Assembly: GCA_010405405.1 (NCBI GenBank)
Contig: MU004230.1
Location: 2,948,627-3,012,626, forward strand
Direction: 5' to 3'
Source: Microthyrium microscopicum
Taxonomy: Eukaryota
DNA length: 64,000 bases
Shown one piece after another: positions 24,833-37,481 of this stretch (position 1 is its first letter; every line of letters starts with the position of its first letter). The position numbers were made by a program, and so were the translations under genes. The notes beneath the pieces are model-generated. The model was not told the origin of the DNA. It searched no databases and worked only from the letters and a program-made list of their open reading frames with translations.

Positions 24833-27562
24833 GATGAAGAAGCTGGTGAGAATCGTAGTGAGTAGAAAGAGCGCCTTGTTATTCTTATTATATATTGTTA
24901 TTCTGATATCTGCTATCTTCAACCTTGCTTCTAAGGTCTTGGTTATTAAAATCTAAATATGTACCCATGAAGATCTCCACGGAAGAGTCGTTAGACATAT
25001 TGAATCCTTCAGCACATAGTACAGTGCCAATATGTCGCAACAAACAACACAAGAAGAGGATTCCAATGATTCCGAGATATGAATCTTGAACAAAGCTCAG
25101 TTGACCTATTGACGAACAGGCGGCAAAGCAATCCTTTTCTCTAGAACGTGTCGTATGGACGGTAGATATACCTGGTAGGCAATTTAAGAATTGAAATGAA
25201 GAAAATGCTGGCATTACTGGCCAAGATAGTTTCCTTCATTAGCATTCAACTTGCAGCAGAAACTTCGATTTTTGACTCTCAAGAGAGTTTCCATACAACT
25301 CTTCCCAGAGATACCTTTAGCGTGTCCGCCATAGCCAGATTCACGAGTTGAGACGCAATTGGGTACCTATCTTTTGAGCTTTGATGCAGAAAGCAGTGGC
25401 CGAACTTCCTAATCTAGCTAGAAGTTCATATGTTGAAAGAAACCATCGACCAATCGATGAATTGCACGGCTCTAACATCTCGCCAGCTCTCTGTTCAGAC
25501 CTGAACGTATTTAGAAATTACTGTGGGGCGTCAAGCTTGCCAAAATTAGGCAGGAACCGTACCCTAGGTCTAGGAACCGTTGTTTTGACCGGCGCAATGG
25601 TCGCTGCGATGTCTTGGATGTGTATAGACGGAATGCTTTGATGCTGTTGGATGCCGATATATATTAGACCAGACAAGGATTGCCCATCCACTGCTTGCGA
25701 CCGCCATTATGCGAATGACCAAGTATTTGTCTAGGACAGCTCTCCCACCGTCAGGCGAAGTGGCTGGTCGCTCATCATTACGTAGTGGTAAGATATGTGC
25801 TTGTTGTGCTTGTAGCTTGAGGCTCTGGTATCGAGATGACAAAATGCCATATCTGTTTCTTGCATACCAAGCTAGTCTCCCTTCCTTAACAAGGTACCTT
25901 GATAGCCCTCTGTTGATATTAACCATCCAGCTCTCAATAGAGTTGGTAAAATGATATCACATAACGTTTTTAGAGATCTTCTATAATATCAATTTCTAGT
26001 GTAGGGATAACATTCCTGACGCTCGAAGAAGCATTTCAAAGTTGAATATGGTTCCTGAATCAGTGCCAAAGGTGTAGTACAATTATATCATGTTATTAGG
26101 CGCACTGTGCACATATTCTCTGACTACAGTTGGTGTTACCAGAAGATATTCCCCTGAGCGGCCGAGCCTCATCATTTTGCGTCTAACTCAGGATTGATCA
26201 AGTAACAATGGCGTCGATCTTCGACGTAAACATCCTGTATAGCCCGTATTTGTCTCCTTGAGTGGTCACATCCAGTATGTGTGCCCTGAAAAATAGCTAC
26301 AGTCTTCAATATCTTCATCAAGTGTGACTGGATACCAGTCAGTTGGTTTTAGCTAACTATACCGATCCATATCGAGGTCCCGAAATATCAAGAATTCGTA
26401 GAACGAGGACAACTCCTTCGGTTTTGAAGACTGCGATTGATCGCGAATTAAGTAATTCATACTAAGTGCTAAGTTCATGATGTATAAGGTGTTTACGCTA
26501 TAAAGAAGGATTCTTAAATACTATGCTAAGGCATAGGTTGGGTAACCTATTAGGGTTAACCTAATATATATAGATTCTTAGCATTAGGTTAGGTTTTAAA
26601 AATATTTTATAAAACCTATACCTAACCTAAGCAAAATAAAATTATTATAGGTTAAACCTAAGGAACCTAAAGGACCTAAATTAGAAACTTATTAAGTAAG
26701 ATTTATTTAGTACGTAACCTATTTAGGTTATAAAAGAAGAGTTACTATATCTAATATAATTAGTAAAAGCTAAGTAGATAGAAATAATCTAGTATATAAA
26801 TTAGAGAGTTAGAAAAGTATTAATTAAAATATTTAGTATAGTATATAGATTAAACTATATATTAACTAGCTATTACTACTAAAATCCTAATAACTAGTTT
26901 AAACCTTCTTCTTCTTACTAACCTTACTAAAGACTATACCTATTAGTAGTTACTTTTACTTATTCTCTAATTCCTACTAAAAAGTAGACTTAAATATTAG
27001 TTTATAAACTCTTCTACTAGTAGCTATTATAAGTAAAAGCCTATTAATATCTTTTAGTAATTATCTATAAAAAGAGTCTTAAGTATTACTATTCTCTATC
27101 TTATTACTATTCTTATTACTATCTAAATCTATACTATAGAATCTAGAAGAGGTCTTTAAGCTTATAGATTTACTAGTACTAATACCCTTAAGGTTTTCTT
27201 TCTCTTTAGTAAATCTAAAACTAGTATTATTTTTATTATTAAAACTATCTTTACTAGCCTTATCTACGTCCTTATCTAAAATATTATTATCCTTACTTAA
27301 ATTATTTAAATTATCTTCCTTATTAGAAATAATAAGCAACTTATCTAAATCTTTATAATAAGTTATATAATTAAATATCTAATAGTATATAATATTAGGA
27401 TTACTAAAATAAATATAATTAAGTAGAGTATTTATAAGTTATTTTATAATTATATTAATATATTTTTTATATATACTAATCTCTACTTTAATCTTATTAG
27501 AACTACCTTAATAGTCTAAAATATTAGCTATTAATTTAGTAAACTTATTATTATTATATTAG

Positions 27563-27636
27563 NNNNNNNNNNNNNNNNNNNNNNNNNNNNNNNNNNNNNN
27601 NNNNNNNNNNNNNNNNNNNNNNNNNNNNNNNNNNNN
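27563..27636. other. Assembly gap (N run)
   Basis: Run of n characters. Confidence 1.
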
Positions 27637-28199
27637 NTAAATTATAAATAATATAATAATAAAGATATACTACTTTTAAAGTATTATATAAACTTATTAG
27701 ATAAAGATAAGCTAGTTAAGCTATTATCTATTATAATATTATTATTATCTATAATTAGTTCTATATTATTAGATTAAGTATTTAAATTACTATACTTCTT
27801 AAGCTAAACTTTATAAAAGTCTTTAATTATTATGTTATACTAAGATAAACTATTTAAACTAGGATAGTCCTTTTACTAAGGATTAGTAAAGGTAAACTTA
27901 GCTATATAAGGAGATAATAACTAACTAAAAGTATAAATACGCTATAATTAGATATTAATTTATATTAGGTTAAAGTATACTTATAGTTTTCCTTAAGCCT
28001 CTTTTAAACTAGACTAAAGTTTACTCTACTAATATAATTAAGTACTTACTAGTATATATTTACCTAGAATAGCCTCCTTATTATTAATATATTAAAAGAG
28101 CTTTTAGAAGTATAAAAGAACTTTATAGATAAATAAAGCCTTAGATCTACTAAGAATCTAGGTTATAGCGTTAAATAGAGTAGTAAGCTAAACTAGATA

Positions 28200-31100
28200 C
28201 CGTAAGAAAATAGTAAGTTAAGTAATGTAAAGGCTACTTAAGCCCTACAATTTTAGGTAGCGTTATAAGGGGCGTCAAAAATATAGGGCTAGTAAAATAG
28301 GTAGTATCTATTTTTAACGCCCCTTTGGTGTCTAGATATTATTACTAAGTAAGCTATTTTGTCGTTTTTAAAGCTAATCTAAACTAATTCAAGTAGGATG
28401 TTATTATTTTAATAGTAGGGGTAGATTTTGCAATTAGGCTAAAGCTATAGAAGAACATTTATATATAGATTTTGTAGTAGAATTCTATATCGTTCTTTAT
28501 ACTAATTAATATTCTTAAAATCTAATTCTTTTAACTCTAAACTAATTAAATACTAGGAATTTAACTATTACTATGCTAAAGGCGCTAAAGAAAGTATACT
28601 AAAATTATTAGCCTTTTGCTAAATTAGATTTAAATGTTGTAGGTTTAACCTTTAGTTAATCCTCTAGGGCTAAATTACATGCTAGGAAGCATAAATTACT
28701 TTTATTAAGGAAATAGTATACTAAATAGGCTAAAATGAAGTCCTAGAATTGTTCTTCTATAGAACGCTAACTAGAGGTAGTAGGGTAGATAATATAATAA
28801 TATATTCTACTTAAGAGGGGTGAATAGCAATATAAACTACCTAAAGGTATAAAGTAGAGTAAATGTCCTAATGCTTATTGCTAGTAGCGTCCTGCTAGAT
28901 GTAGTAATGCTATGGAATTCTTTAAGGAATCTTATTTAATAGTATTAAGATAGTAGACTTAGCGAGTAGCTTTATAGATTACTAAGAATTAATTCTATTA
29001 TATTATTAACTCTCTAAAGTGCTCTAAAGACTATTCTAGACTTAAAGATATAATCTATATCTAGTATTACGAGCAAAGAGAAGAGAAGAAGTCTATTAGT
29101 ACTTATTAATTGCTTTAGTATATAAATAACGTATAGCAATATATTTATACTACTAAGATTGCTTATAGTAAGCTTCTAAAAGACTAAAAATTAACAAAAG
29201 GCTAGCTTTAAAGATTCCTATTCTGTTAGAGGATTAGTTAAAGGAAGGCTACTTGTCTTACTTAATAGTTACTAAAATTATAAGTAGATATATGCTAGGA
29301 CTTTATTACTTATATAAGGCTTACTACCTATAGAGCTATTAGACCTACTAGTAGTAAAAGAAAGAATATTAATACTATCTCTAACTAGGATTTAGAAGTA
29401 ATAATATAGCCCTATTAAATAGTTAATATAGATAAGATACTAATACTTTTTTGTAACTTTAATAGTTATACTTTAGCAAATATAGGCTCTAAGACTATTG
29501 CTATTTATACTTATAAAGATAAAGATAAGAAGCGTTAGATAATAATAGTTCTAGCTATTACTATTAACGGCATCCTTTAAATTCTACTGCTAATTATCTT
29601 CTATAGAACTAAGAATAAGAAGAAGGGTCGTATTAATAAGAAGGAGGGCCTATACTACTATAATAGCGTTTATATAAAGTATAATAAGATAGCGTAGAAT
29701 AATAATAAGTTAATATAGTAGTAGTTAAAGGAAGTATATTTAAAAGGAATAGATAGAGCCCTAGAAGGGTATTCTAGAGGTCCTAGTAGTCCTAATAGCT
29801 CTAAAGATATTCTATAGCCTTCTATCTTAGGTAATTCTTCTCTTATACCTTTTTAAAATAAAAATATTTTAGTACTAACTATAGGATCTAGAGCTTAATT
29901 TAATAATATCTCTACTAAATTCTAGCCCTACTATAATATCTTTAATATCTTGCACCTCTTTAATATCTATAACATCTATAATATCTACTTCTAACTCTTC
30001 TATTCTTATTATAGACGCTTTCTCTGTTTATAAAATAGACTTTATTAAGCAAATCTATAAAGATAATAATATTATTATTATTATTATTTCTCTTAGTTAT
30101 ATATCTAAAATCTAACTACTTAATATTAGTATGAATAAGCCTTTTAAATAAATAGTTAAGGAATTATAAGATATATAGGTCCCTATATTCTACTAATAGG
30201 ATTACTTTAAAGACTTCCCTAATATAAAATCTATAGAACCTTTAGAATAGACAACATCTTAATGCTGCATGTTTATAATATATATTATAGGATAAGTATA
30301 GAATTAAATACATACTTATAATACTAAAGTTATTAGGCGCTCCTTTACTACTACGGGATTAAATAACTAGTTAAATACTATCGTTACGGAGGAGAAGTAT
30401 AACATTAGTATTAAAGATTTACTAGTACTACTAGACCTTTCAAACTAGCGTTTAGTAAAGCTAGAATTTGTTAAAGCTACTGCTGCTAAAGAGGATAATA
30501 AGCAAGAGAAGGATAATAATCCTATAGTACACGTATCTAACGTTAGTAACGATAATAGCATAGAATATTATAATAAAGATAAGATTACAACATCTAATAT
30601 TAATACTAAAGATACTAAAAATACTATAAATATTAAAGTTATTTAAGATATTAAAGATACTAAAGACACTACTATAGATATTAAGTTAAACAAAGATAAA
30701 GATAATAGATTTATAACGTCCTTTATAGCGATAATAAATGCTCTACTGTAAAATTTACTTATACTTATTTTGCTAGAAATATCTCTATCGTTTATTATGC
30801 CTTAGCCTATTCTTCCTATTCTTCTAATTATATAATCTCTTTACCTTTAGAATTAGTATCTAATACTGCTATCTAATACCCCCTCCTAAATTAAATCCTA
30901 TAGCGGACTTAAAGAGTTAAATCCTATTTATTTTGTATAGCAGAATACTTATAGGTTACTAGAATAGACACTTAAAGACTAGTATTAATAGCTTCCTAAA
31001 TGGGTCTATAATCCTACTCTAGAACCTACCTAAAATATTAAGATAGTATATCTAATAGTAATATTCTATTAGTAATAGGACTCGTAATATTAGTTGTTTA

Positions 31101-31453
31101 GCGTTAAATTAGGTAGTATTCTTGACTTATAGTAAATCTAGTAGAGTTAGGAAAATTATTAGTAACGACTAGGTAATATTAGTATTAAAAAGAGCGCTTT
31201 AATTTATATACTTATATACAATTCTATACTATCTAGTTCTTAATATCTTGAGCTTTAAATATATCTATTTTAGTGTTAGAATTCCTTATTTAAAAGGATA
31301 TAAAGTTAAATAGGATTATAGGGTTCGTAGTTATAAAAATAGATTAGTAGTAATTTACTACTAGGAGCATTTCTATAGAAACTACGCTAAAAACGCCTTT
31401 AAATGCCCTCTCCCTTTATAACTTATATTGCTTAACTTACTATTTTCTTATAG
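28200..31453 (+). mobile_element. pogo-like Tc1/mariner DNA transposon (RIPed), nested in the hAT transposase
   Basis: TA TSD on both sides. ~31-bp TIR CCGTAAGAAAATAGTAAGTTAAGTAATGTAA / TTATATTGCTTAACTTACTATTTTCTTATAG. De-RIPed DDE motifs NMDETP (29425-29442) and QPLDVSVNKPFK (30113-30148). Confidence 0.88.
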
Positions 31454-34400
31454 TACTTAATATTAGCCTATTCTATATTAAATGGTGTAAGAATTCTTAC
31501 CTATTGCTAATCCTTCTTTTTTCTAGCTTTATAAGCTTTAGTAATAAGGAAGTATATAAGGAGTATCTTAATAATTTAAAGGCAAAGTTCTATTATTATT
31601 ATTAAGTCCTAACGTATTTTAATATCTTAGATTAGCTAAAGGTTACTACAAGGATTAAGATTATTCTAATATTTATTAATAGAGTATAGATTAGACATTT
31701 AGGATTTATTAGAATAAAAACTAGCTAAGTTAGTAAAGAACCTAAGAAGATATAGTTTAAAGGAGCTAATATACTTAGTAATACTACGAGCCTAGACTAT
31801 ATTAGCTATTTTAATTAATACTTTTTTAACTTACTAAAAATAAGAACTAACTTATTTTATATAAAGTAAAAGTAACTAAGCTATATTTTATAATAAGTTT
31901 CCTCTTCTTTAAAATATCTTCTTTAATAAATACTTATTTAATTTCTTTATCTATAGATTTATAGCTAAAATAGGAAAGTAAAGCGCCTTATACTAGTTAA
32001 ATAATATAAGATATATAAAGAACTTAAATAATACTTATAGTATACTTAAAGTATTAATATATATTTAATACTTAGGTACTATTATCTTATTATTACTAGT
32101 ATTATTAACTATAATAAAGTAAACCTTCTTAGTAATACTATATTAATTAAATATATTACTTATAAGTTTAGCATAAGCCTTACTTATAGACTTTCTAATA
32201 GTAGAAAGAAAGCTAAGAAGCCTCTCCTTTTATTCCTACTATAAAGTAATTTATTATCTAATAATAGCTAAGTACTCTTTATAAGTAAAATTTAAAGACT
32301 ACCTATTTAGCTAAATACTAATATATATATTATTACTTAGCTAAATAAACTTTTCTTTTAACTTTATAAGATTAATTATAACTTATTTTATAACTTCTAA
32401 AGTAATAATTTTCTATAAAGTAAATTAAGGTTAAATACTTAGTAGTATATAGTAGTTAATAACTTACTATATAAATTATAATTTAAATATACTAAGAAGA
32501 AGACCCTTAGCTATAATTAAACGTGCCTATAAAGTAAGAAAATCTTATAGTATAATCTTATATCTATTAAAGCTATAAGTAGCCTTAAGCTTTATATTAT
32601 ATATTTATAAATATTATAATTAGTAATAGTATAGTATAATAGGAATTAAATATACTAAAGTTATAGTTAATCTTATTTAATTAAGTATAATCTAATCTTT
32701 ATTACCTTTAGCTATAATAATATTATTATAATCTTAAGAAGTAATATACTTATTAAGTAATCCTTACCTAATAAGGAAAGTACTAGTATTATCTTTATAA
32801 AGGTAATAGTATTTAAGAAACTTATAATAATAAATATAGTAATAATAAGGCTAGCTAGTAGACTTAAAAGCGCTTACTTATATATTATCCTAAATAAGGC
32901 TTTTTTTCTTACTATACTAATAAGAATCTATTTATATAAGAATTAGCCTTTCTTAGTTAGTAGTAAACTAAAATATAATTTATTACTAAGTCTAAAAATA
33001 GTTATTAGTATTCTTACTCTATAAATACGCTTTTTTTCCTTAATTACTAAATTCCTTTAATACCTTAAGTATTATACTAGAAATAAAAGAAGTAAGTACT
33101 AGTAAATTAGAAGGTAATATGCTAATAAGAAAGTTTAAAATAGTACTATTAGTAATAGTACTTCTATCTTAGATAGTAAGTTATAATAATAAGAAAGAAG
33201 TTATTAAGCTAGCTCTAAATATAAAGGAATTAAAGGTAGAAGCAAAGGAAAATATAATTTAGGATAGCGTTAACTTTATTAAAAAAACCTAGAGTTCTAA
33301 AGGAATAAAATTAATAAGTTAAAAAAGTATTAATTAGAAATCTAATACTATTTATATTATTTTATAATATTATTTATAGAAACTTCTATTTATTCTTCCT
33401 CTTCTTTTAATATTAATTAATTATACTCTATATTCTAATTATCTACTTTCTAATTACGCTAATTTAACTAATCTAGTAATTTAGGAAGTAACTAATATAA
33501 CGCGTTTCTTCTCCTAATTTCTTATATTACTATACTATTAAACTCTTTCTTAATTTATTATATTTTTTAGCTCTTCTTAGAACTACTTAGCTTAGTCTTC
33601 TTTCTCTAAAAGTAATTTTATAAACTAAAGATTTATAAAGTTATTCCTTTATATAATCTATACTTAGTCTAATTATTACTAGTAGTTAGCTATTTTATTT
33701 TTCTTAATTAGTATATCTACTAAAAAGTAATACTAATTCTACTTAAGTAGTTATAATACGCTATATAAAATATACTAAATCTAAAAATTATTTCTATAAT
33801 TAACTTTATTATACTACTTAATATAATATTTAAACCTTAAAGTAAAAATATCCTAATAGTCTATTAATTTCTATACTTAATTTAAAAAGATAATATACTA
33901 ATTAATCTCTATTATATTTTCTTTATTATAGTAATAAAAAATACTATCTAAATTAACCTACTTATATTTTTATATCTAAATAATAATTAAATAGTAGAGA
34001 ATATTTTAGTCTAAAAATAATTATAAAGCTAGAAATAGGTAACTAAGGTACTCCTTACTTTAATTATCTTTAGTTATAAAGATTATACTACTAGAAAAAA
34101 TTATAACTATTATTAATAGCTATTTAAGAAGTATTACTACTAAAGTACTTACTAAAAAATAATAATTAGCTACTTATAGATTATATAGTACTTTTATATA
34201 GAAAGTTTTAGAACTATAGTCTTAAAGAGTAAATAAATATAGATATTAATAATAGAAAGCATATATAGTATTATTATTATTATAATAATTTAAGTTTATA
34301 TTATTTATACTAACTAAAAATATTTATAATAAATTCTTTAAAGTTTATTATATAAAAGTATATAATTATAGTAATAAGAGTTTACTTAATATAGTAAAAT

Positions 34401-35099
34401 AACTTCTACTATAATTTATTTCTAAGATTTACTACTTAGAAAAGTAGTAAAATAAATATAAATATTACTAAAAATTTAGTAAAAAAAAGAAAATAAAAAA
34501 ATAATAATAAGTAAAATCTAAAGTAAAGAATAGAGTTAGTATTATAACTTAAATAAACTTATAAAAATTAGAAGGTTATATAGACTTAAAGAGTTTAGAG
34601 TTATAGTCTTAGAGTATAGTTATATTTAGTAATAATATATAAATAATTTATTATAAAAAGTTAAAAATAATAAAACTTATTAAGACTAGCGTCTTATAAT
34701 TAAGATATATTAAACTTTATACTAGTATTAAGCTACTATTAAGGCTAAGTTTTAAAGAGTTATAAAAATATTAATTAGAATTTAGAAAGTTTATTATAGC
34801 TTTTACTTTCTAAAATATTTATTTATTATAGTATTCTTTTCTTATTAGTTTAAACTAAGTTCTACTAAGTTAAAAGTTAATATTCTAAATATTCTTATTT
34901 ACTATAAGTTATAAATTATTCTATAGCTTACCTTATTAAGTTATTTACTCCTTTTAATTAGTTACTATATAATCTACGCTTTATTAATCTTTATTATATT
35001 ATTTTAGCTTACTTTATTATTTTAACGTAACTATATTCTTCTTAACTTTATTTACTTACTTCTTAGAATTTCTTTCTTAATCTTAAATTTTTTATATTT

Positions 35100-35400
35100 A
35101 CTATACATACTTTTATTCTTTTTTTCTAATCTATTTATAATCTTATACTCTTCTTTATATACTATACTCTTTTTTATCCTTTTCTTTTAATCTACTTATA
35201 ACTTTATACTTCTCTTTACTTACTATACTCTACTTTATTTTTTTCTTTTAACTTACTTATAATCTTATACTTCTTTTTATTTACTATACTCTACTTTATT
35301 ACTCTCTTTATATCTACTTATAACTTTACTTTCTTATTTTCTTTTTATTTATCTCTTCTTTATTAATAAAAGTAAGCTATAAAACTCTTACTATCTATCT
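35100..35400. repeat. Degenerate ~61-bp tandem repeat (about 4-5 units) inside the hAT element
   Basis: actatactc...tttaa..tacttataa..ttatact recurs with a one-base shift per 60-nt line. Confidence 0.7.
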
Positions 35401-35526
35401 TATAACTTTTTATTCTTATTCTTTATATATTTCTAGTATTATTAAATAAGTATTATTATTTAAGTTATTTTTTTTACTAATATTCCTTATAAATAATAAT
35501 ATTAGTAGTAAAGAAAAAAATATATA

Positions 35527-37481
35527 TATATATAAATCTCTTTATTATTTAATATATATAACGTACTCCTTAGGGTGCTTCTATAGGTAGTACTAATGGG
35601 CCTAAGCAGACGATACCTCTAAATATAGTAAATAAACCCTCTAGGGAAGAAACTACTATAGTGCACCTAGGAGGGGCTTTACTAGCCTTATAGAGTCTTT
35701 TTACCTCTTATAAATGCTTATAGTTTAATCTATAGATTAGAACTATCTTATTATATATTTATTCTCTTTAATTCTCTTCCTCTACTTATTTATTAATATA
35801 TCTATAACCTCTTTATCTATTTCTTTAACTTTAGGAATAATCCTTAGGCTAGTAATAGTAGCCTACAAAGCTACTAGTACTAATATAGTAATACTTCCTC
35901 TAGAGACTACTAAAGGCGTTAATGCTAAAGTGCTTCGTATAAAGCTTATAAAGTTAAGAGGCTATTATCCTAATGCCTTTACTATAAAAGCTAGGGCTAT
36001 TAGCCTTTTAGTACCTTTTATAGGTAAGGCTACCTAGGTAGTAGTAGAGGGTTATTTACCCTTTAGTAGTAATAGTAGTAGTAGTAGTATACTAAGTATA
36101 GAAAACTATACGTCTTTACTATAATTCTATAAAGCTAATATATATTTAAATAGAGAGGCTTAGAGAGCCTCTACTACTATAGTATTATTCTTATACTTAC
36201 TATAAGATTTATCCTAATAGTTATACCCCTTTTTAAAGCAGTTAGAGCATTATTTCTTCCTTTTTTAAGTATAATCCTATGTATTATAGCCCTTTATATA
36301 ATAGCTATATTATAGCTATTCACTATAGATAGATTAGGTATAACCTTAGTACTTATAGTAATAATACTATACATATACTAGTATAGTATCCTATAGCTTA
36401 TAGCTATACTATACGTTCTTAATAGTTAGTCCTTAGGCTATAGTAATCTCTTATAAAGCCTCTATAGGTAGATAGACGATAAGGAATAATCTCTTTTTTC
36501 TTAAGATTATTATCTTATTGCTATAAATCTAGCTTACGTAGGAAATAGCTAGTATATATCTATTAGCCTTATATAGGCTCTTAATAAAGCCTAAATTATA
36601 TTTATCTACTTCCTTATTATAACTAATCTTATTGCTAATATGTTTTATAAGAATAGTAGCTATTTTAATAAGATAGTCTTACTAGAGTACTTACGCGCCT
36701 TATATAGTATAGCCTATAGCTTAGGTGTAATCCTTTGCCTTAGCGTCTCTAAAAATAAGTCTTAGATCGCTACTTTATAAGGGTTTAACGCCTAATATAC
36801 TTATAAATATCTTTTTAAGTTCCTTAAGGACCTCTAAGGAGGTTTTAGTATATTTATCTTTATCTAGTTATAAGATAATTAATTATCCTTTTAGTTTACT
36901 TATAAGTAGTTTATTATAGAAGGCAACGTGTACCTAATTCTATATATTTAGGGCTAGCATAGTAGGTTTATACTATACTATAGCCTTAATCTTATCTAGC
37001 CTTTTTATAATTATATTTAGATTAGTAGAAGGATTAAGGAGAGGATATTTATTAGCTATAGGCTTTTTAGTAAGCTTATACTTATAGATATAGTCCTATA
37101 GCGTAGCTAGTCGCTTTAGTATAAGCATAAGCTTCTATTTAAGAATAACTATTTCTAATCTAATTTGTTGCCCTTATTAGAATTCTAAGGCTATCTAGCC
37201 TATAGTAATAACTATATAGAGTTCTTTTAACGTCTTAAAGGAGACTAAGCTACTATTATAACTCTTAAAGTTAGAGTCTCTCTCTTCTATTTAGTAATTT
37301 AGTAGTAAAGTTTCTACTATTTAGGCTCTTTTGCTATAATAGCGTAGCGCCTACGTGTATCTAGCTAAATTTTAGATATATTTATACTGTAGAGCGTTCA
37401 AAGAGATTCTAATAATTTAATTAAATTAAACTACTAGTTTAGTGTAAAAGTAGCCATGTATTAAGCTAAAGAAGGTCTCTA
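35527..37481 (-). mobile_element. Non-LTR (Tad1/I-like) retroelement carrying only a RIPed ORF1/gag
   Basis: Flanked by direct repeat AAAAAAATATATA (35514-35526 and 37482-37494). ATG at 37457. De-RIPed triple Zn knuckle QCY.C...GHTQSIC / CG.C..GH....C / CSNCFKKGH...DKSC at ~36200-36385. (TA)n 3' tail. Confidence 0.7.

Larger units (their letters stand above)
26899..33200 (-). pseudogene. RIP-inactivated hAT transposase, interrupted by a pogo element (5' limit approximate)
   Basis: After manual de-RIP, in the expected order: ISI.LDGWSS (~32293-32320), DNASNN (~32089-32106), VPCMSHVIQL (~31994-32023), QDVKTRWDS (~31603-31629), acidic tail and TSGRVRKPT C-terminus. Confidence 0.75.

Noticed and set aside
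25200..26460. Short ORFs next to the TE block
   Set aside because: No recognisable motifs and no coherent splice model.
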